Shown one piece after another: positions 61,911 to 64,000 of a stretch of DNA of 64,000 nucleotides. Below the pieces are notes generated by a model. The model saw nothing but the letters and a program-made list of their open reading frames with translations. It was not told where the DNA came from and ran no database searches. The position numbers were made by a program, and so were the translations under genes. How positions within the stretch are numbered: position 1 is the stretch's first letter; each line of letters begins with the position of its first letter. The DNA is taken from contig CABZBG010000004.1 of assembly GCA_902523865.1 (NCBI GenBank), positions 11,979 to 75,978 of the forward strand. Reading direction: 5' to 3'. The DNA comes from an uncultured Alphaproteobacteria bacterium. Its GTDB lineage: Bacteria > Pseudomonadota > Alphaproteobacteria > HIMB59.

Positions 61911-63746
61911 CTATCTGCTCTTTCTTTTTTTGATACCGAGTTGTCTTGGAATAATAAACATTAGTATAATTAGAAGAACAGGGATTAAAAAAGTATTTAA
62001 AATATTAATTTGATTTGCTAGTCGATCTATATCCTTGCTTAAATTTCTTCTAACTTCTCTTAATTGTTTACGAGTATTTTCTACTTGTAATTGAAAATTT
62101 GCTAATTCCATTAATTGTTTGTCAGATAAATTGACACTTTCTACATCTCTACCACCTGATAAATTTTGAATTTGATTTAATGTTGCATCAAGTTGAGCTT
62201 GTAATTGTTGCTCTTGTCCTAAATACATCTGCTCAGCCTCTGCTTGTAGTTTTTGAACTACTACAAACGGCCTAAATGGAGCCTCTTTGTTTCTCAGATC
62301 AATAAATTCATCATATCCAGTCATTGAATCAAATACATTTGTAACTAAACTTCCATTATCAGATGTTGCTTCAATTACATTAGTATCTAGAAACTTTTGA
62401 ATTCTTGCCCAAAATGCGTTTCTAATAAAATCAGCATCACTGAAAACCACCACATTTATACTATTCGATGATTTTTTTATATGATTATCATTTTGGAATT
62501 CAAAATCATTAAAATTACTTTTTGCGATGCCGCTTAATTTTACACCGAAGTCATAACTTATACCTGTTGGTTGAAAATTATTAATTAATTTAATTGGGTC
62601 ATGTACTTCTTTCATAGGCAAATCCATTGTGACCTCACTAGACGACATTATAGGTGTGTATGAAACTTCAGTCTCATCGTCTAATGGAGATAGACCCCCT
62701 GGAGAGACAAGTCTTATCAAAGATAGACCATCTCCAATCTCTTCCTCTTGATTGATGTATTGTCCTCTGACCTCAGGCCAATTTAATTTCAATATAGTTT
62801 GTAAAGATGTATTTTCAGTTATATTTTGTTGTGTTTGTAGTCTTGTAGCTTGAGCGCCATCTAAAATAACATTGCTATTGTAGTTAATATTTAAAGTTTT
62901 TAAGACATTTTTTAAATTTGAGGATTTATTTGAATGGTCATTTTTCTCAAAAAATGGATCAACAAAAATCACTGACTTTCCTCCACTCAAGATGAATTGT
63001 TCAACCGCATATTCAGTTTTGTCACTAATATCAGAGGGGTGGTATACGATTAATAAGTCTATACCCTCGAAACTTTCTACGTCTGTATCTAAAAACTCAA
63101 AGTCATAAAAATAACTCAGCTCCTCAAGTATTGTATATTCTCCTTGTCCAAGTTGATTATTTGGCATCATAGGGGGTGTGGTATCCACCCATGATAAAAA
63201 ACCAATCATTGGTTTTTTTGATCTATTAAGTTTGTATACAATGTCAGTTAATTGTTTTTCTAATGTGCCAGCTTTTGAGGGATCAAAAAAGGGTACAGTT
63301 TCAATATCATCTGTTGTGTTTGATGCTATTAATCCAAAATATACTTTGGAACCCTCTTGATCTATGGGAAAACCTTGCACACCATATCTATTTACATAAT
63401 CTTCATCATCTGAATAAGGCTCTGGTTCAATAAAGTTTAATTCAATTTTACCCGATGCTAGATCTGAATATCTATTTAATAGACCTTGAACCTGATTAGC
63501 ATAATTTTGAATGATTGGAATATTTTTAGACAAGTCTCTGCTATATACAAAATTAATTTTTATTGGTTCTTCTATTTCATCTATAACTCTCTTAGTTCCA
63601 CTTGAAAGAGTAAAAGTTTTGGTAGAAGTAAAATCAACACCTAAATTAAAATTGATTTTTTGTATTATAAAATTAAAGGATAAGAATAAAATAACAGTAC
63701 TTAGTATAGATATTATTAAATAATTTTTTTGTAAAAATTTATTCAT
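61911..63746 (-). CDS. GldG-like ABC transporter auxiliary component
   Basis: DFT..K.FTLS.GT, EPEPYS, YFGL, FVDP, DADF, C-terminal coiled coil and TM helix. Start placed at the ATG overlapping the upstream stop (TAATG). Confidence 0.85.
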   Translation of the reverse strand: MNKFLQKNYLIISILSTVILFLSFNFIIQKINFNLGVDFTSTKTFTLSSGTKRVIDEIEEPIKINFVYSRDLSKNIPIIQNYANQVQGLLNRYSDLASGKIELNFIEPEPYSDDEDYVNRYGVQGFPIDQEGSKVYFGLIASNTTDDIETVPFFDPSKAGTLEKQLTDIVYKLNRSKKPMIGFLSWVDTTPPMMPNNQLGQGEYTILEELSYFYDFEFLDTDVESFEGIDLLIVYHPSDISDKTEYAVEQFILSGGKSVIFVDPFFEKNDHSNKSSNLKNVLKTLNINYNSNVILDGAQATRLQTQQNITENTSLQTILKLNWPEVRGQYINQEEEIGDGLSLIRLVSPGGLSPLDDETEVSYTPIMSSSEVTMDLPMKEVHDPIKLINNFQPTGISYDFGVKLSGIAKSNFNDFEFQNDNHIKKSSNSINVVVFSDADFIRNAFWARIQKFLDTNVIEATSDNGSLVTNVFDSMTGYDEFIDLRNKEAPFRPFVVVQKLQAEAEQMYLGQEQQLQAQLDATLNQIQNLSGGRDVESVNLSDKQLMELANFQLQVENTRKQLREVRRNLSKDIDRLANQINILNTFLIPVLLIILMFIIPRQLGIKKRKSR

Positions 63747-64000
63747 TAGTCTCGATTTAAAAATTTTATAATTGTTAAATAATTCCAAAGAGCAATAAAG
63801 GATAAAAAGAAAAATAATCCTTTAATTGAGAAGAAACCTGTTTGAATACTTGAGAAATGAGTTAAAAAGCTAAAACTAGAAATGAGTTCCACTATTTCAA
63901 TAGGTAAAATCCCCGTTATGAAATTAATCATCAGAGGAAATCCACTAATTGTGAAAAGGAATGATACTAAAATAGATAAAATAAAGGCAATTATTTGATT
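63746..64000 (-). CDS. GldF-like ABC-2 permease, C-terminal part (truncated by window edge)
   Basis: Frame open to the window end: NQIIAFILS...SFLTHFSSIQTG. Confidence 0.8.
   Translation of the reverse strand, partial: NQIIAFILSILVSFLFTISGFPLMINFITGILPIEIVELISSFSFLTHFSSIQTGFFSIKGLFFFLSFIALWNYLTIIKFLNRD

Noticed and set aside
4291-63723. The many 60-170 aa antisense or out-of-frame ORFs in the track (e.g. 4291..4638, 6780..7133, 20766..21071, 43618..44127, 59366..59857)
   Set aside because: They lie within or largely overlap well-supported genes, show shadow-ORF composition and carry no motifs.
1-64000. CRISPR arrays, rRNA, IS elements, riboswitches
   Set aside because: No spaced direct repeats, rRNA-like GC-rich tracts or transposases. 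Spacers upstream of sox, dmg and the DmdA-like gene are too short for a glycine riboswitch and show no aptamer motif I could recognise.

Overview
Chromosomal segment of a very AT-rich, streamlined marine-type alphaproteobacterium. GC looks roughly 30% by eye (not computed), intergenic gaps are tiny or overlapping, and the gene content suggests a SAR11-like or HIMB59/AEGEAN-169-like lineage (inference). Layout: (1) 1-10.6 kb housekeeping: gltB 3' end, hydrolase and LPS glycosyltransferases, infC-rpmI-rplT-pheST-lepA. (2) 10.6-17 kb: an AT-rich cell-surface glycan patch around tRNA-Ser(GGA), then rmuC. (3) 17-27 kb: a methylated-glycine/C1 module of soxBDAG, an Arthrobacter-type dimethylglycine oxidase, a MetF-like flavoprotein and a DmdA-like THF-dependent demethylase, proposed here as a cobalamin-free glycine-betaine demethylation route. 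(4) 27-61 kb: a regulator-free sugar super-cluster with mak/pfk, an uncharacterised mutarotase-isomerase-kinase-class-I-aldolase-reductase set, xylB, frcBCAK, the non-oxidative D-apiose pathway (apsI-aptAB-aplK), a second sugar ABC system (permease with a large inserted domain, frameshifted ATPase) and an inositol pathway lacking iolD/iolA here. (5) 61-64 kb: a GldF/GldG/DUF4340 ABC module. No CRISPR array, rRNA, integrase or IS element was seen. All product calls come from motif recognition by eye; no database searches were run.
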